Positions 30,241 through 42,641 of a DNA stretch of 64,000 nt are shown here, piece after piece. The notes beneath the pieces are model-generated. The model was not told where the DNA came from. It searched no databases and saw only the letters and a program-made list of their open reading frames with translations. This DNA comes from Eledone cirrhosa (lineage: Eukaryota), in assembly GCA_964016885.1 (NCBI GenBank), contig OZ024744.1, positions 75,826,001-75,890,000 of the forward strand, in the 5' to 3' direction. The position numbers were made by a program, and so were the translations under genes. Positions within the stretch are counted from its first letter, which is position 1, and every line of letters starts with the position of its first letter.

Positions 30241-30848
30241 TCACTTACCTTGATCGTGTGGTGAAGGGACAGTAGAACCGTCCCTTTCGCTGGTCATGGG
30301 TGTTTCCAAGAGGATGTCAGTGTATATCCTCTTGGTAACCGACCCTCTGAAGTCTCCAACTGCGTTGGGGAATTTTTGTTTTAAAGGTTTGTACTGTTCT
30401 ATTGAGATTTCAATGCTGCTTATGTTTGTCGGGAGAGTTCTTGATGTTGGTGGGGTGTAGTAGTTTTTTCTGTGATGTCTGTGTGCTGCTTTATATATTG
30501 TATGAGTTCTTTTTTTGCCATGTTTATGGCTGTGTGCCTTTTGGAGGGAGGGGTGATTTTGTTGCTGTTTTCTTCTTGTTGCTGTTTGGTGTGTGTGTTT
30601 TGTTGTGTTTGCGTTGTTGGTGTGTTTGATGATGCTGGTGGTGTTGTGGTTGTTGTTGTCGGTGGTGCTTGTGATGGTGGTGGTGTTGCTGCAAGTTTCC
30701 TTGCTGCCTTTACCTCTTTTTGTATGCCTTCGCTTTTGCAGGGTGAATCTAAGGGTTTTTTGTTTTTTGTGGCAGTCCGTTTGCCACTTCACTCCCGCCT
30801 CAAACTCCATGTCGGATTCTGTGGCGTCTGGGAGGGGTATGTGCACCA
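30241..30848 (-). pseudogene. Tx1 ORF1 C-terminal remnant
   Basis: LKQKFPNAVGDFRGSVTKRIYTDIL matches LKQKFPKDIGDFRQALSRRIYTDIL near 57000 and 61170. Confidence 0.85.
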
Positions 30849-30849
30849 C

Positions 30850-31746
30850 GGAGAAGACAATAGACCAGAGGATGCCCATGGAGAAAATAACAACAAGGAG
30901 GAAGAGCAACCTTCATGAAAAATCCCTTCATAGTACCTTCTTTAAGAAAACGGAATTTAGAGATCCACAGACATGGAACTGGTTAAAAAGAGGAGACCTT
31001 AAAAAAGCTACAGAAGGAATGCTAATGGCTACGCAAGAGCAACTCCTCAGAACGAAGTGGGTGAAACACCATATTTCCAAGGAGGAGGCTAGCTCACTGT
31101 TTAGGATCTGTGAAGTGAGAGAGAGGAGACTCTGCTCACATTGTATCCGCGTGTAAACACCTAGCCCACACTCACTATAAAGGCTAGAGACATGATGTGA
31201 TAGACAGGGTGATCCACTGGCATCTATACAAAGTAAACAATTTACCACATTCTGAGAAGTGGTATGAGCATAAGCCAGAGTCGGTGATAGAAAACGATCA
31301 GGTGAAGGTGCTATGGGATTTTAGGATACAGACAGACAAGAAATTTGAACACAATAGGTCTGACATGGTGGTTTTTGACAAGGAAAAAAGATCGTGGCTG
31401 ATTGTGGATGTAGCCTGACCATTTGACACGAGAGTGCAAGAAAAGGAGAGGGAGAAAATTAACCGATACCAGGATTTAAAGTGGGAGTTAAAAAGGATTT
31501 GGAACAGCCATGAAATCAAGGTTGTCCCGATAGTCATAGGCGCACTAGGTACTACCTCAAAGAGTTTCCACGGATGGTTAAAGAAGATTAGTCCAGCGCC
31601 GCTTTTTTTAACACTTCAAAAGGCGTGCTTGCTGGGAACAGCAAGAACCCTCCGATACGTCCTGAATTTCTGAGGTAGTAGGTAGTGGCTTGATATTCAT
31701 TTCAACAAACCATCCAGTTAAGTAACATCAATGACTGGGACTCAAA

Positions 31747-31747
<1 letters not shown>
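30850..31747 (+). mobile_element. Dong/R4 family A, 5'-truncated degenerate copy; (AAT)n 31748-31783
   Basis: LHSTFFKKTEFRDPQTWNWL..RLE motifs..TARTLRYVLNF, followed by the family A 3' UTR. Confidence 0.93.
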
Positions 31748-31784
<37 letters not shown>

Positions 31785-33984
31785 GCCCAGATGGTGTGCA
31801 GGGGTATTGGATTAAACATTTAACATCCCTCCACCCGAAGCTGACGGCCATGTTCAATGACTGCTTGGTGTCGGGTGAGGTGCCAGAGTGGTTGACAAAA
31901 GGTACCACAGTTCTGATAATGAAAGACCGAATCAAGGGTAATGATGTTACCAACTATAGACCTATCACATGTCTGTCCGTAATGTGGAAACTGTTGACGA
32001 GCATTGTGTCTGAGGAAATCTACCATCACCTCCACACAAACAACTTGTTACCGGACGAACAGAAAGGATGCCGAAAGAAGTCACGTGGTACAAAGGACCA
32101 GTTACTTATTGATAAGATGGTAATGGGGAATTGCAGGAGGAGACACACTGATCTTGCCATGGGATGGATAGACTACAGAAAGGCATTTGACATGGTGCCT
32201 CATTCCTGGATCACCAAAAGCCTGGAGATCTTCAGGGTGGCAGATAACATCAGACAGTTGCTAGGCAGGAGTATGGGGTCCTGGGAGACAGAGTTGACAT
32301 CAACTGGAGTATCCTTGGGAAGCGTGAAAATCAAGAGAGGTATCTTCCAGGGAGATAGCCTGTCCCCTCTGTTGTTTGTCCTTGTCCTGATGCCCTTGAC
32401 CATTATGCTGCGAAAAGTGAGAGCAGGATACAAGTTGGGAAGGGGAGAGCTTACCATCAATCACCTCCTCTTCATGGACGATCTTAAGCTCTTCGGGAAA
32501 AGTGAGAAGGAGTTGGATGTGCTTGTTGACACTGTCCGTATTTTCAGCAGTGATATATGTATGCAGTTTGGTATTGGTAAATGTGGAGTCATTGTGATGA
32601 AGAGGGGCAGGTTGAGCAGAAGTAACGGGATCCAGATACCAACAGGTGAGATGATAAAGGAAATTGACTCTGAGGAAGGATACAAGTATTTGGGCGTTCT
32701 GGAGGCTGATGGCATAAAGAACAAAAAAATGAAGGAATTGTTAAGAACTGAATACATTCGGAGAGTAAGGAGCGTATTGAAGTCACATCTGAACAGCAGA
32801 AATGCCATAAGCGCAGTAAATTCCCGAGCTGTGTCTATTATTAGGTACAGTGCGGGAATTCTGAGATGGAATGTTGCTGAACAAAAAGAAATGGATAGGA
32901 AGACTAGGAAGCTATTGACTATCTACAACATGTTCCACAAGAGGAGTGATGTCGATAGACTCTACCTAAGGAGATCTGAGGGTGGAAGAGGTCTTATCAG
33001 CATAGAGGACTGTGTTCAGATGGAGAAAAACAACCTATACAAATACGTGACCTATCGTAAGGAGCCAATGCTCAGAACTGTACTGAAGGAGGGGACAGTA
33101 GGCCAGGGGATGTCCAAGGAGGAAATAACATCAAGGAGGAAGAGCAGCCTTAAGGGAAAATCCCTTCATAGTACCTTCTTTGAGAAAACTGAATTTAGAG
33201 ATCCACAGACATGGAACTGGTTGAGAAGAGGAGACCTCAAAAAGGTTACAGAAGGAATGCTAATGGCTGCGCAGGAGCAGGCCCTCAAAACGAAGTGGTT
33301 GAAGCACCATATCTACAAGGAGGAGGCTAGCCCACTGTGCAGGATCTGTGGAGAGAGAGAGGAGACTGTGGCTCACATTGTGTCCGAGTGTAAACACCTA
33401 GCCCAGACCCACTATAAGGGCTGGAGACACGATGTGATGGGCAGGGTGATCCACTGGCACCTGTGCAAAGTAAACAATTTACCACATTCTGAGAAATGGT
33501 ATGAGCATAGGCCAGAGGCGGTGATGGAGAACAATCAGGTGAAGGTGCTGTGGGATTTTAGGATACAGACGGACAAAAAACTGGAACACAATAGACCTGA
33601 CCTGGTGGTTGTGGACAAAGAAAAAAGATCGTGCCTGATTGTGGATGTGGCCTGCCCGTTCGACACGAGAGTGCAAGAGAAGGAGAGGGAGAAAATTAAC
33701 CGATACCAGGACCTAAAGTGGGAGGTGAAAAGGATTTGGAACTGCCATGAAGTCAAAGTGATCCCGATTGTCATAGGCGCACTGGGGACTATCTCCAAAA
33801 GTTTCCAGGGATGGTTAAAGAAAATCGGCCCCTTCACGCTTTTTGGAACGCTTCAAAAGGCATGCTTGCTTGGAACAGCAAGAACCCTCCGATACGTCCT
33901 GAATATCTGAGGCTGCAGGTAGTGGCTTGATATTCAATCCAACGGACTTTCCAGTTAACCAACATCAATGACTGAGATTCAAGG
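31785..33984 (+). mobile_element. Dong/R4 family A, 5'-truncated young copy flanked by (AAT)n on both sides
   Basis: Nearly identical to 48919-51118 (inverted); tail 33985-34080. Confidence 0.97.
31796..33910 (+). CDS. Dong/R4 polyprotein, open but 5'-truncated (RT, CCHC, RLE endonuclease)
   Basis: 704 aa: GIFQGDSLSP, FMDDLKL, CRIC..ETVAHIVSEC, RHD, NRPD..IVDVACP..EKINRY. Confidence 0.9.
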   Translation: MQGYWIKHLTSLHPKLTAMFNDCLVSGEVPEWLTKGTTVLIMKDRIKGNDVTNYRPITCLSVMWKLLTSIVSEEIYHHLHTNNLLPDEQKGCRKKSRGTKDQLLIDKMVMGNCRRRHTDLAMGWIDYRKAFDMVPHSWITKSLEIFRVADNIRQLLGRSMGSWETELTSTGVSLGSVKIKRGIFQGDSLSPLLFVLVLMPLTIMLRKVRAGYKLGRGELTINHLLFMDDLKLFGKSEKELDVLVDTVRIFSSDICMQFGIGKCGVIVMKRGRLSRSNGIQIPTGEMIKEIDSEEGYKYLGVLEADGIKNKKMKELLRTEYIRRVRSVLKSHLNSRNAISAVNSRAVSIIRYSAGILRWNVAEQKEMDRKTRKLLTIYNMFHKRSDVDRLYLRRSEGGRGLISIEDCVQMEKNNLYKYVTYRKEPMLRTVLKEGTVGQGMSKEEITSRRKSSLKGKSLHSTFFEKTEFRDPQTWNWLRRGDLKKVTEGMLMAAQEQALKTKWLKHHIYKEEASPLCRICGEREETVAHIVSECKHLAQTHYKGWRHDVMGRVIHWHLCKVNNLPHSEKWYEHRPEAVMENNQVKVLWDFRIQTDKKLEHNRPDLVVVDKEKRSCLIVDVACPFDTRVQEKEREKINRYQDLKWEVKRIWNCHEVKVIPIVIGALGTISKSFQGWLKKIGPFTLFGTLQKACLLGTARTLRYVLNI

Positions 33985-33996
33985 AATAACAATAAC

Positions 33997-34080
<84 letters not shown>

Positions 34081-34082
<2 letters not shown>

Positions 34083-34277
34083 GATAGTATTAATGGGAAC
34101 TGCCCATATACTAAGGAAGATTCTGTCAATATAAGTACATCACAAGTCTAAACACTAAAGATGCATGTGTGAATATGTATGTTCTTTCTTGAACATGGCG
34201 GACCTTGTTGTCTCTTGAGGTTACTGGTTGTGACTTGGTGATAACTCGTATGAACATAAAGCAAGATAAATGCAACT

Positions 34278-34279
<2 letters not shown>
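34081..34279 (+). mobile_element. Dong/R4 family B, ~200-bp 3' fragment between (AAT)n tracts
   Basis: Nearly identical to 35280-35478. Confidence 0.92.
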
Positions 34280-34363
<84 letters not shown>

Positions 34364-35476
34364 CTACATATCTAAGGGAATCACATGATTGGATGATCAA
34401 ACTCGTTTTGAAACACGAAAGCATCAAAAGATCATATTCAATTACAAAAGATGCACAAAGATACAGTAATGGACTACAAATTTCAGAAGTCCCATTTACT
34501 GCTGAAATGGAAAACACAGAAAAAGCAAAGCAGGTAAAAGTAACTGCAAAGAAAGAACTGCTACAGAAACTGGCTAAGAAATGGCAAGAAAAGCCTCTAA
34601 CAATCGAGCTAACAATCCTGATGTTGACAAAACTTTTACCCATCAGTGGTTGGCATCCTCTGGACTGAAATTGGAGACTGAAGGACTGATTATATCGGCA
34701 CAAGATCAGTGTCTGCCAACAAAAAATTACCAAGCCAACATAATAAAAAATGGGTGCAGCCCATTATGCCGTGTATGCAAAAAACAACCAGAGACCATTG
34801 ACCATATAATTTCAATGTGCAGCCCTATATCTCCAACCGAATACCTAAACAGGCATGACAGAGCTGCACAATACATACATTGGATAATGTGTAAGCATTT
34901 TGACCTGCCCCATCAAAAGAATTGGTGGGAGCATCAACCACCTCCCATACTTGAAAAAGATCACATCTCAATCTTGTGGAACTTTAGCATCCAAACAGAC
35001 CGAAAAATAGATGCAAATAGACCTGATATAATATTGAAGGACTTTCAAAAGAGGGTATGCCTGCTAATTGATATGTCTGTTCCAATAGACAAGAATGTAT
35101 CTATAAAAACATTTGAAAAATTGAGCAAGTATAAGGACCTGGAGATAGAAATTGGAAAAATGTGGAAATTGAGAACTAAAACAATACCAGTGGTTGTAGG
35201 CGCTCTGGGAATGATACCTAAGGGGTCTAATGACTACTTATCGCAAATCCCAGGAAACCCGCGTATAGGAGAAATACAAAAGATAGTACTAATGGGAACT
35301 GCCCATATACTAAGGAAGATTCTGTCAATATAAGTACATCACAAGTCTAAACACTAAAGATGCATGTGTGAATATGTATGTTCTTTCTTGAACATGGCGG
35401 ACCTTGTTGTCTCTTGAGGTCACTGGTTGTGACTTGGTGATAACTCGTATAAACATAAAGCAAGATAAATGCAACT

Positions 35477-35478
<2 letters not shown>
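34364..35478 (+). mobile_element. Dong/R4 family B, 5'-truncated; (AAT)n 35479-35529
   Basis: ORFs 34393-34668 and 34581-35333: LETEGLIISAQDQ, CRVC..ETIDHIISMC, RHD, NRPD..LIDMSVP..EKLSKY; 3' UTR differs from family A. Confidence 0.93.
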
Positions 35479-35529
<51 letters not shown>

Positions 35530-35600
35530 TGTTTCTACTTTTGGCACAAGGCCAGCAATTACCCAGTGCATTACTGGTTCTTTATTTTATCGACCCCGTA
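35530..35600 (-). mobile_element. SINE A 3' end whose tail is continuous with the AAT tract of the Dong stack
   Basis: gtttctacttttggcacaaggccagc directly follows (AAT)n. Confidence 0.85.
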
Positions 35601-35882
35601 ATACAGGTTTAAAAGAATATAAAATAAATATATATATATTACAATGAACCCCCGCGAGATGGAATCGCTTGATTAAGCTGGTATCACTGACTGTTCTCTG
35701 CGACGGTAAAGTTTGCGATGTATTGTTTTCAGGACTTACCTGAGATATACTTCCAGCCTAGGGCTAAAAGATTTCAACCTCCCCCTTTCTCCGTCCCCTT
35801 CTTCCTTTTTTTCTGGGTTTTTTTTCGTCGTTCATGAATAGGACTTTTATTTTAATCTTTAAAAAAGTAAAACAATGTTGTT

Positions 35883-36275
35883 TCTGATCGAGACGACGCG
35901 AGAGTGTATTGCAATACATATAAAAATGAAAAGACTCATCGCTAGAGCAGCCTTTAAAACGGCTAAATGCTATCAAAGACAGTCATGGGCAAATATGTCT
36001 CAGTGGAGAGAGACCAGCGGCCAGTGGTCACTTCTGCGCGCCAGTGCGCTTCTTCTTGTCCTCCTTCTCTTTCAATCTTTTCTATATATCACCTGCCTGT
36101 CACTTACCTTATGGATTGTGTCTCTGTTGACCACTGGCCACTGGTCTCTGTCCTCTGAGGTACTTTTGCCCATTGTCGTCTTTGACATCATTTAGCTGTT
36201 TTAATAACTGTTCTAGCGATGAGTTTTCTCATTGTTATATGTATTTTGATAAACTCTCGCCTCGTATCGAGAAGA
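35883..36275. mobile_element. MITE/foldback-like element with ~148-bp imperfect inverted arms
   Basis: 35883-36030 pairs with 36128-36275 (roughly 80% by eye); extra partial arm copy at ~36345-36385. Confidence 0.7.
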
Positions 36276-38039
36276 GACATCAATTTATTTAAAATATAAT
36301 TTCATGAAATGCTGGAATAATGAAGTGAAGACAATTTGTTTTAACGGCTGCTCTAGCGATTACTTTTCACGTTTTTATATGTATTAAAAAAAGTAGTTAT
36401 TAAATAAAGCATGGACAATTTGTTGGAAAGCAAACGTGTTGTATTAAGTCATGTAAGATAAAGAAAACACACTTGAGAATAAGTAATAGAGGTCGTAAGA
36501 ACAACGGATCAATCTTATTTTAGAAAATAACCAACAAAATCCAATACTGATTATTAATATACACAGTTATGGCAGTATGGTTAAGAAGTTTGCTTTATTA
36601 GAATCTTTTTCAACACGTTGACGCATATGTGTGTATGTGTGTGTGTATGTGTATACTCATACATTTATACGTATGAGTATATATTATAAACGCGCTTACA
36701 AAAATACACACTGACAGACATACATTTATACAAATACACACACATATATATTCAAACAAACACACATATACATTCTAACAATTACACACGCACATACATT
36801 TAAACAAACACACACATACACATACACTCAAACACAGTGAAGCAAATGGAACGCCAGCTGCTATTTGGCTACAGTTTTTTCACCATCCCCTTCCTTCCTT
36901 TTACACACACATACATTCACACACACACACACATTGTGTGACGGACTGACGGAAGTCGCTCAAATTTATATATATAGATATCCACGTGGGGCTTGATTCA
37001 TGTGTTTAAAACCCCACGAACATCAGACCTGCCAACCTCTAAAAACCCAAACGAGGAATAATGTAAGATATTTCTCTGAAGGGGTGGATAGAAAATTATA
37101 TCTGTTGAAACGTGTGTGGACAAGAATAAATCATTCAGAGTGGTGAGGAATAGGGGATATTTCTGCAATGATGATTCCAAAGCTCTTCCAATACTAAGAT
37201 GGCACCCTTTTTATTGATGACATAAAACATAGCTAGGTTAAAGTGAATAGCTTCCATGTTGTAATTAATCTTTTTCAAGTTTATATGTAATTTGAAATTG
37301 ACAAGTCGTTGTTTACACTCTGGTTACTAAAAGTGAAGGAATACAGATTGTATCTTAAAGTGAAGGGATTTGCAGTAAGGTCATTGTAGGACCTAGATGG
37401 TTTTGGTGTTAAAGATTTCCGAAATTAGCTTTTATTGGTTAGAATTAACTACAATTTGCGTGATTTTGTGTAGCAGAATTGTTGTAATTAAATTGATCAT
37501 TGTACATCATTGTTGTAATTAAATTGGTCATTGAAAATTTGTTTCATTGCCAGACATGCCAACCTCTCAAAACCCAAAAGGAGGGTACCACAAAAAAAAG
37601 TGCCCAAAACGGGAAGAAATGGGGCAAAATAGGAAGATTTTCCATAATGAAAGCTATACCCATTTCACAAGAGAAGACATCTCTCACCCACTCCAAAGTG
37701 GGTGAGAGATCTCCTCGTCGGACGAGGAGAGTTGACCGGTCTGGAACATCGATATGTACATATGTGTATTTATTCTTGCATTAGCTCATACTCTTATTTC
37801 AAATATTTTACTTCTCAATTTTTTTCTACTCAGCTTTACTCCATATATTTTACTTTTAATCTATTTAACATTTCACATGTATTCTATATGTTTACACGTT
37901 TACTAATCTAATACTACAAGTTACGCATTCATAACCAAGTAAATAAATTAACCCATATTTCCTACCACAGCATAATTTTTTTATATCGTGATGGATGACA
38001 CCAAATAAATTAGTGGATATCTGGCGAAATTAAATTACT

Positions 38040-38697
38040 GACGGGAGTAGGATCAGTCGGCTGTAATTTGCAGCAATTTGAAGGCGGCTTGGTACTATGG
38101 TACTATTTAATTCGTCGGAAGGTGATCTCCGGCATGCACTTAATAGGTTTTCTGCTGAGTGCTGGATGGCTGGAATAAAAATCAGAGCTGCAAAGGCTGA
38201 GACACTCATCCTCTCAAGGAAGCCTGTGCAGTGCACTCTCCCTCTGAGTGGAGTTCCACTGAAGCAGGCTTTTCGCGAGTGATGGAAGGCAGATGGCTGA
38301 ATTAAGTGCAAGAATTGCAGGAGCTAGTGCAGTAATGAACTAGATACTCGATAGAGTGCGCAGCTCGGAGGTGTCACACCAGGTAGAGCCGCTACTTCTA
38401 CGAATTGAGAGATCGCAGCTCCGATACTATGTGTGAGTGCTTAGAATGTCGCAAGAAAGAATCGCTGGACAGATTTTACGGTGAAAACCAACCGGCAGGA
38501 GACCCAGGGGTAGACCCCGACCAAGATGGTTGGATAACATCCATGAGCTCGGCTGGTCTCGCTTGGGGAAATATCCGGATCAATTGCTGACTGTTTCTTC
38601 TGATAGAATTCGCTGGAAGTAGTTTTTGAGGACTCTGCCCCCATGGTCCTCTTAGGAATACGTGAAGAAGAAGAAGAAGAAGAAGAAGAAGAAGAAG

Positions 38698-38727
<30 letters not shown>
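38040..38727 (+). mobile_element. RTE-clade LINE 3' fragment with (GAA)n tail
   Basis: LFNSSEGDLRHALNRFSAECWMAGIKI..KAETLILSRKPVQCTL, then a GRRPRGRP..RW-type segment. Same family as 19952-20570. Confidence 0.85.
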
Positions 38728-38728
<1 letters not shown>

Positions 38729-38829
38729 TGGTAGCATATACTTTCGGCTGTTTAAGTTCTGTGTTACAAATCCCGCTGAGGTCAAAATACTTAACAACAT
38801 TTAGTTTAGTTACAGCCATTACATTATGT

Positions 38830-39324
38830 GGTGAGGGGTGTTAGCGGTGAGGGTGTTAGACTTTCGATTATCATGCTTCAGGTTCAATTCCGAGACTGGG
38901 GTGTATGTTCTGTTGATTGGGCAAGATACTTCATTTCACGTTGCTTCTGGATACTCAGCTGAAAATGAGTACCAGCAGCAATAGCTGGAGGTTAAACCTT
39001 GCGATGGACTGGTGTCTTGTACGCTCGGTCGCTTCACACCACGGAAACCGGGATAAGACTTTAGGCTTTACGTTATGAGATCAAATCCGACGGAGGTCAA
39101 CTATGCCTTTCACCCTTCGGGGGGTCAATAAAATAATGTGTCACTCATGAACTGGAGCCCATGTAATCAATTTTCACATATTTTAAAAATTATTGACCCT
39201 GTGCCTAAATTAGAAACCATTATTGTTGCTGTTGTTGTTGTTGTTGTTGTGGTGGTGGTGGTGGTGGTGGTGGTGGTGGTGGTGGTGGTGTTGTTGTTGT
39301 GGTGGTGGTGGCGGTGGTAGTGGT

Positions 39325-39355
<31 letters not shown>

Positions 39356-40315
39356 GTGGTGCTGATGGTAGTGGTGGTGGTTGGTGTTGTTATGATTTAA
39401 TATTTTGATTAGGGCGGTGGATTGGCAGAATCGGTAGAGCGTCGGACAACATGCTTTGCGGCATAGAGTTACAGCCCTTTACATTCTGAGTTCAAATTCC
39501 GCCGAGATTAGCTTTAAACTTTGCCTTTCATCCTTACATGGTCGATAAAATAAAATACCAGTAACGTACTGAGGTCGATTTAATTGACTGTCCTCCTCCC
39601 CTTCAATTTGCTGGCCTTATGCCTAAAGTAGAAACAATTAATATTTTTTATTATTATTACGGCGAATTGACAGAATCGGTAGAGCGTCGGACAACATCCT
39701 TTGTAGCATAGAGTTATAGCCTTTTACATTCTGAGTTCAAATTTCGCCGTGGTTAACTTTTAGCTTTGCCTTTCATCCTTCAGCTTTTAGCTTTGCCTTT
39801 TATTATTACGGCGAATTGGCAGAATCGGTAGCGCGTCGGACACCATACTTTGCAGGAGAGAGTTACGGTCCTTGCCATTCTGAGTTCAAATCCCGCCAAG
39901 TTTAACTTTGCATTTCATCCTTACGGGGTCGATAAAAATAAAGTACTAGTAATATACGGAGGTCGATTTAATCGACTTTCCCCTCCCCACAAAAGTGCTG
40001 GCCTTAAGCATGAAGTAGAAACAAATATTTAATAATTTTGATTGAATTTTTGAATTACTTTTAATATACTCTAATTTCATTTCTCTATTTATTTATTTAC
40101 CTGGCTTAGTTGTTTGATGCTGAATCGGCGGTTGTGACGACGTCATTAAGGTATACAGCGCATGATATTAATAAATGGAAACAATATTTATAAAACCATA
40201 TTTATTTTATCCCGCCGAGGTTAACTTTGCCTTTCATCCTTATGGGGTCAATAAAATAAAGTACCAGTAATGTACTGGTTAATTTGCTGTCCTTGTGCCA
40301 AAAGTAGAAACAATT
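38830..40315 (+). mobile_element. SINE cluster (B at ~38830-39050; A copies at ~39055-39220, 39412-39640, 39660-39790, 39809-40030, 40211-40315) with a (GTT/GGT)n tract
   Basis: Repeated A/B boxes and core sequences. Confidence 0.82.
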
Positions 40316-40429
40316 ATCTATATTTCAAGGTACCCACATTTGGGTACACATGAAATATATATAATAAAATAAATATGGTTTTATACATATAGTTTCCATT
40401 TATTAATATCATTGATATTAATAAATGGA

Positions 40430-40658
40430 TACATATACATATAAATACACGTATGCATATAAATACATGTATGCACACACGCATATGCATATAAATACAC
40501 ATATACATATAAATACACGTATGCACATACGCACACATACATACTCACACACATACATACATATATATATATATATATAAGACACATATAGAAATACACG
40601 TATGCACACACGCTTATACATATAAGTACACGTATACACACATGAACACATACATACT

Positions 40659-40692
<34 letters not shown>

Positions 40693-40873
40693 AAGACACG
40701 TATATAAATACACGTATACACACACACACACATGCATATTCACACACATACATACATATATATATATATAAAGACACGTATATAAATACACGTATACACA
40801 CACGCACACATACATACTCACACACATACATATATATATATATATAAAGACACGTATATAAATACACGTATAC

Positions 40874-40908
<35 letters not shown>

Positions 40909-41037
40909 AAGACACGCATATAAATACACGTATACACACACGCACACATACATACTCACACACATACATACATATATATATATATATAAAGACACGCATA
41001 TAAATACACGTATACACACACGCACACATACATACTC

Positions 41038-41068
<31 letters not shown>

Positions 41069-41118
41069 AAGACACGTATATAAATACACGTATACACACA
41101 CACACACACATGCATATT

Positions 41119-41150
<32 letters not shown>

Positions 41151-41199
41151 AAGACACGCATATAAATACACGTATACACACACGCACACATACATACTC

Positions 41200-41236
<37 letters not shown>

Positions 41237-41361
41237 AAGACACGTATATAAATACACGTATACACACCACGCCACACATGCATATTCACACACACACATA
41301 CATATATAAATATATATAAAGACACGCATATAAATACACGTATACACACACATGCATATTC

Positions 41362-41392
<31 letters not shown>

Positions 41393-41440
41393 AAGACACG
41401 CATATAAATACACGTATACACACACGCACACATGCATACT

Positions 41441-41474
<34 letters not shown>

Positions 41475-41488
41475 AAGACACGTATACT

Positions 41489-41558
<70 letters not shown>
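40430..41558. repeat. ~60-70-bp minisatellite built from TA/CA runs
   Basis: Unit (ta)n-aagacacg(t/c)atataaatacacgtatacacac..catac repeated more than 12 times up to the gap. Confidence 0.92.
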
Positions 41559-41758
41559 NNNNNNNNNNNNNNNNNNNNNNNNNNNNNNNNNNNNNNNNNN
41601 NNNNNNNNNNNNNNNNNNNNNNNNNNNNNNNNNNNNNNNNNNNNNNNNNNNNNNNNNNNNNNNNNNNNNNNNNNNNNNNNNNNNNNNNNNNNNNNNNNNN
41701 NNNNNNNNNNNNNNNNNNNNNNNNNNNNNNNNNNNNNNNNNNNNNNNNNNNNNNNNNN
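41559..41758. other. Assembly gap (200 N)
   Basis: Run of n. Confidence 1.
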
Positions 41759-42562
41759 AGCAAGACACTTTTATTTCTTCACGTTGCTCCAGTTTACCCA
41801 GCTGTAGAAATGAGTTGCGGGGTCAAGCTGTATCGGCCATTGCCTTTCCCTTGGATAAAATCAGTGGCATGTAGAGGGGAGGCTTGGTATGCATGGGCGA
41901 CGGATGGTCTTCCACAAAACGAACTTTGCCCAGGCTTGTGTCTCGGAGGGAAACTTTCTAGGTGCAAAACCATGGTCATTTATATATATATATATATATA
42001 TATATGCTTAAAATTGGAAAGCAAGAATGGCGGGGTGAGTTTTCCTCGTCAGTGGTCTACTGGAGGTCTCGGATATTTCAACGCTTTAAAGACAATATAT
42101 CTACCCCCAGAGCCTTCAATAACTGACGAAGTTATTGGGAAAACGGAGGCAGGATGGAAGGAAAAGGGGAGAAAAGAGAAAACACCGAAAAAAACAACAC
42201 ACCGATCAATCTGCGAGCAACTTAAGGTAAGAAAATCGAAGACCACAGCGATAACAGAACTTAAGTTCAAGAGCGTGTGGGCGAACGAAAAGACACGACT
42301 GACCCCCGCAAGTGTAAGTGAGAAAAGGACTGCTAGGGGTCAGGCGAGGGAAACAATGAGGTGGTTGCCAGAGAGAGGGTGAGTGAAAGTGAGAGGGAGA
42401 AAGGGAGAGGAAGAAAGAGGGGGAAGAATAGATAGTAACGAAATAGGTAGGTAGAAGGAGAGAGATGGGTCACAGCGAAACATGATAAAATATATGGAGA
42501 ATAGGATTGACTGTGTAGTTGCTAGTTAAGGTAGGCTTAACATTGGAATGAGAATAAGAAGA

Positions 42563-42641
<79 letters not shown>

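Larger units (their letters stand above)
26606..30848 (-). mobile_element. Tx1/L1-clade LINE, 5'-truncated within ORF1, (ATT)n tail at 26585-26605
   Basis: Contains an ORF1 remnant and the ORF2 pseudogene. The 3' UTR is nearly identical to 58850-59106 and ends aataaagaaagc + ATT repeats. Confidence 0.95.

Noticed and set aside
37260-37480. Possible CR1/L2-like 3' remnant on the minus strand
   Set aside because: Only a vague FTFSN..V resemblance; not supportable without alignment.
40430-41558. CRISPR-like repeat/spacer periodicity and the 350-aa ORF
   Set aside because: Spacers are TA/CA runs, not unique sequence; eukaryotic context with no cas genes.
41432-42382. 316-aa ORF
   Set aside because: Spans the N gap, microsatellites and a SINE.
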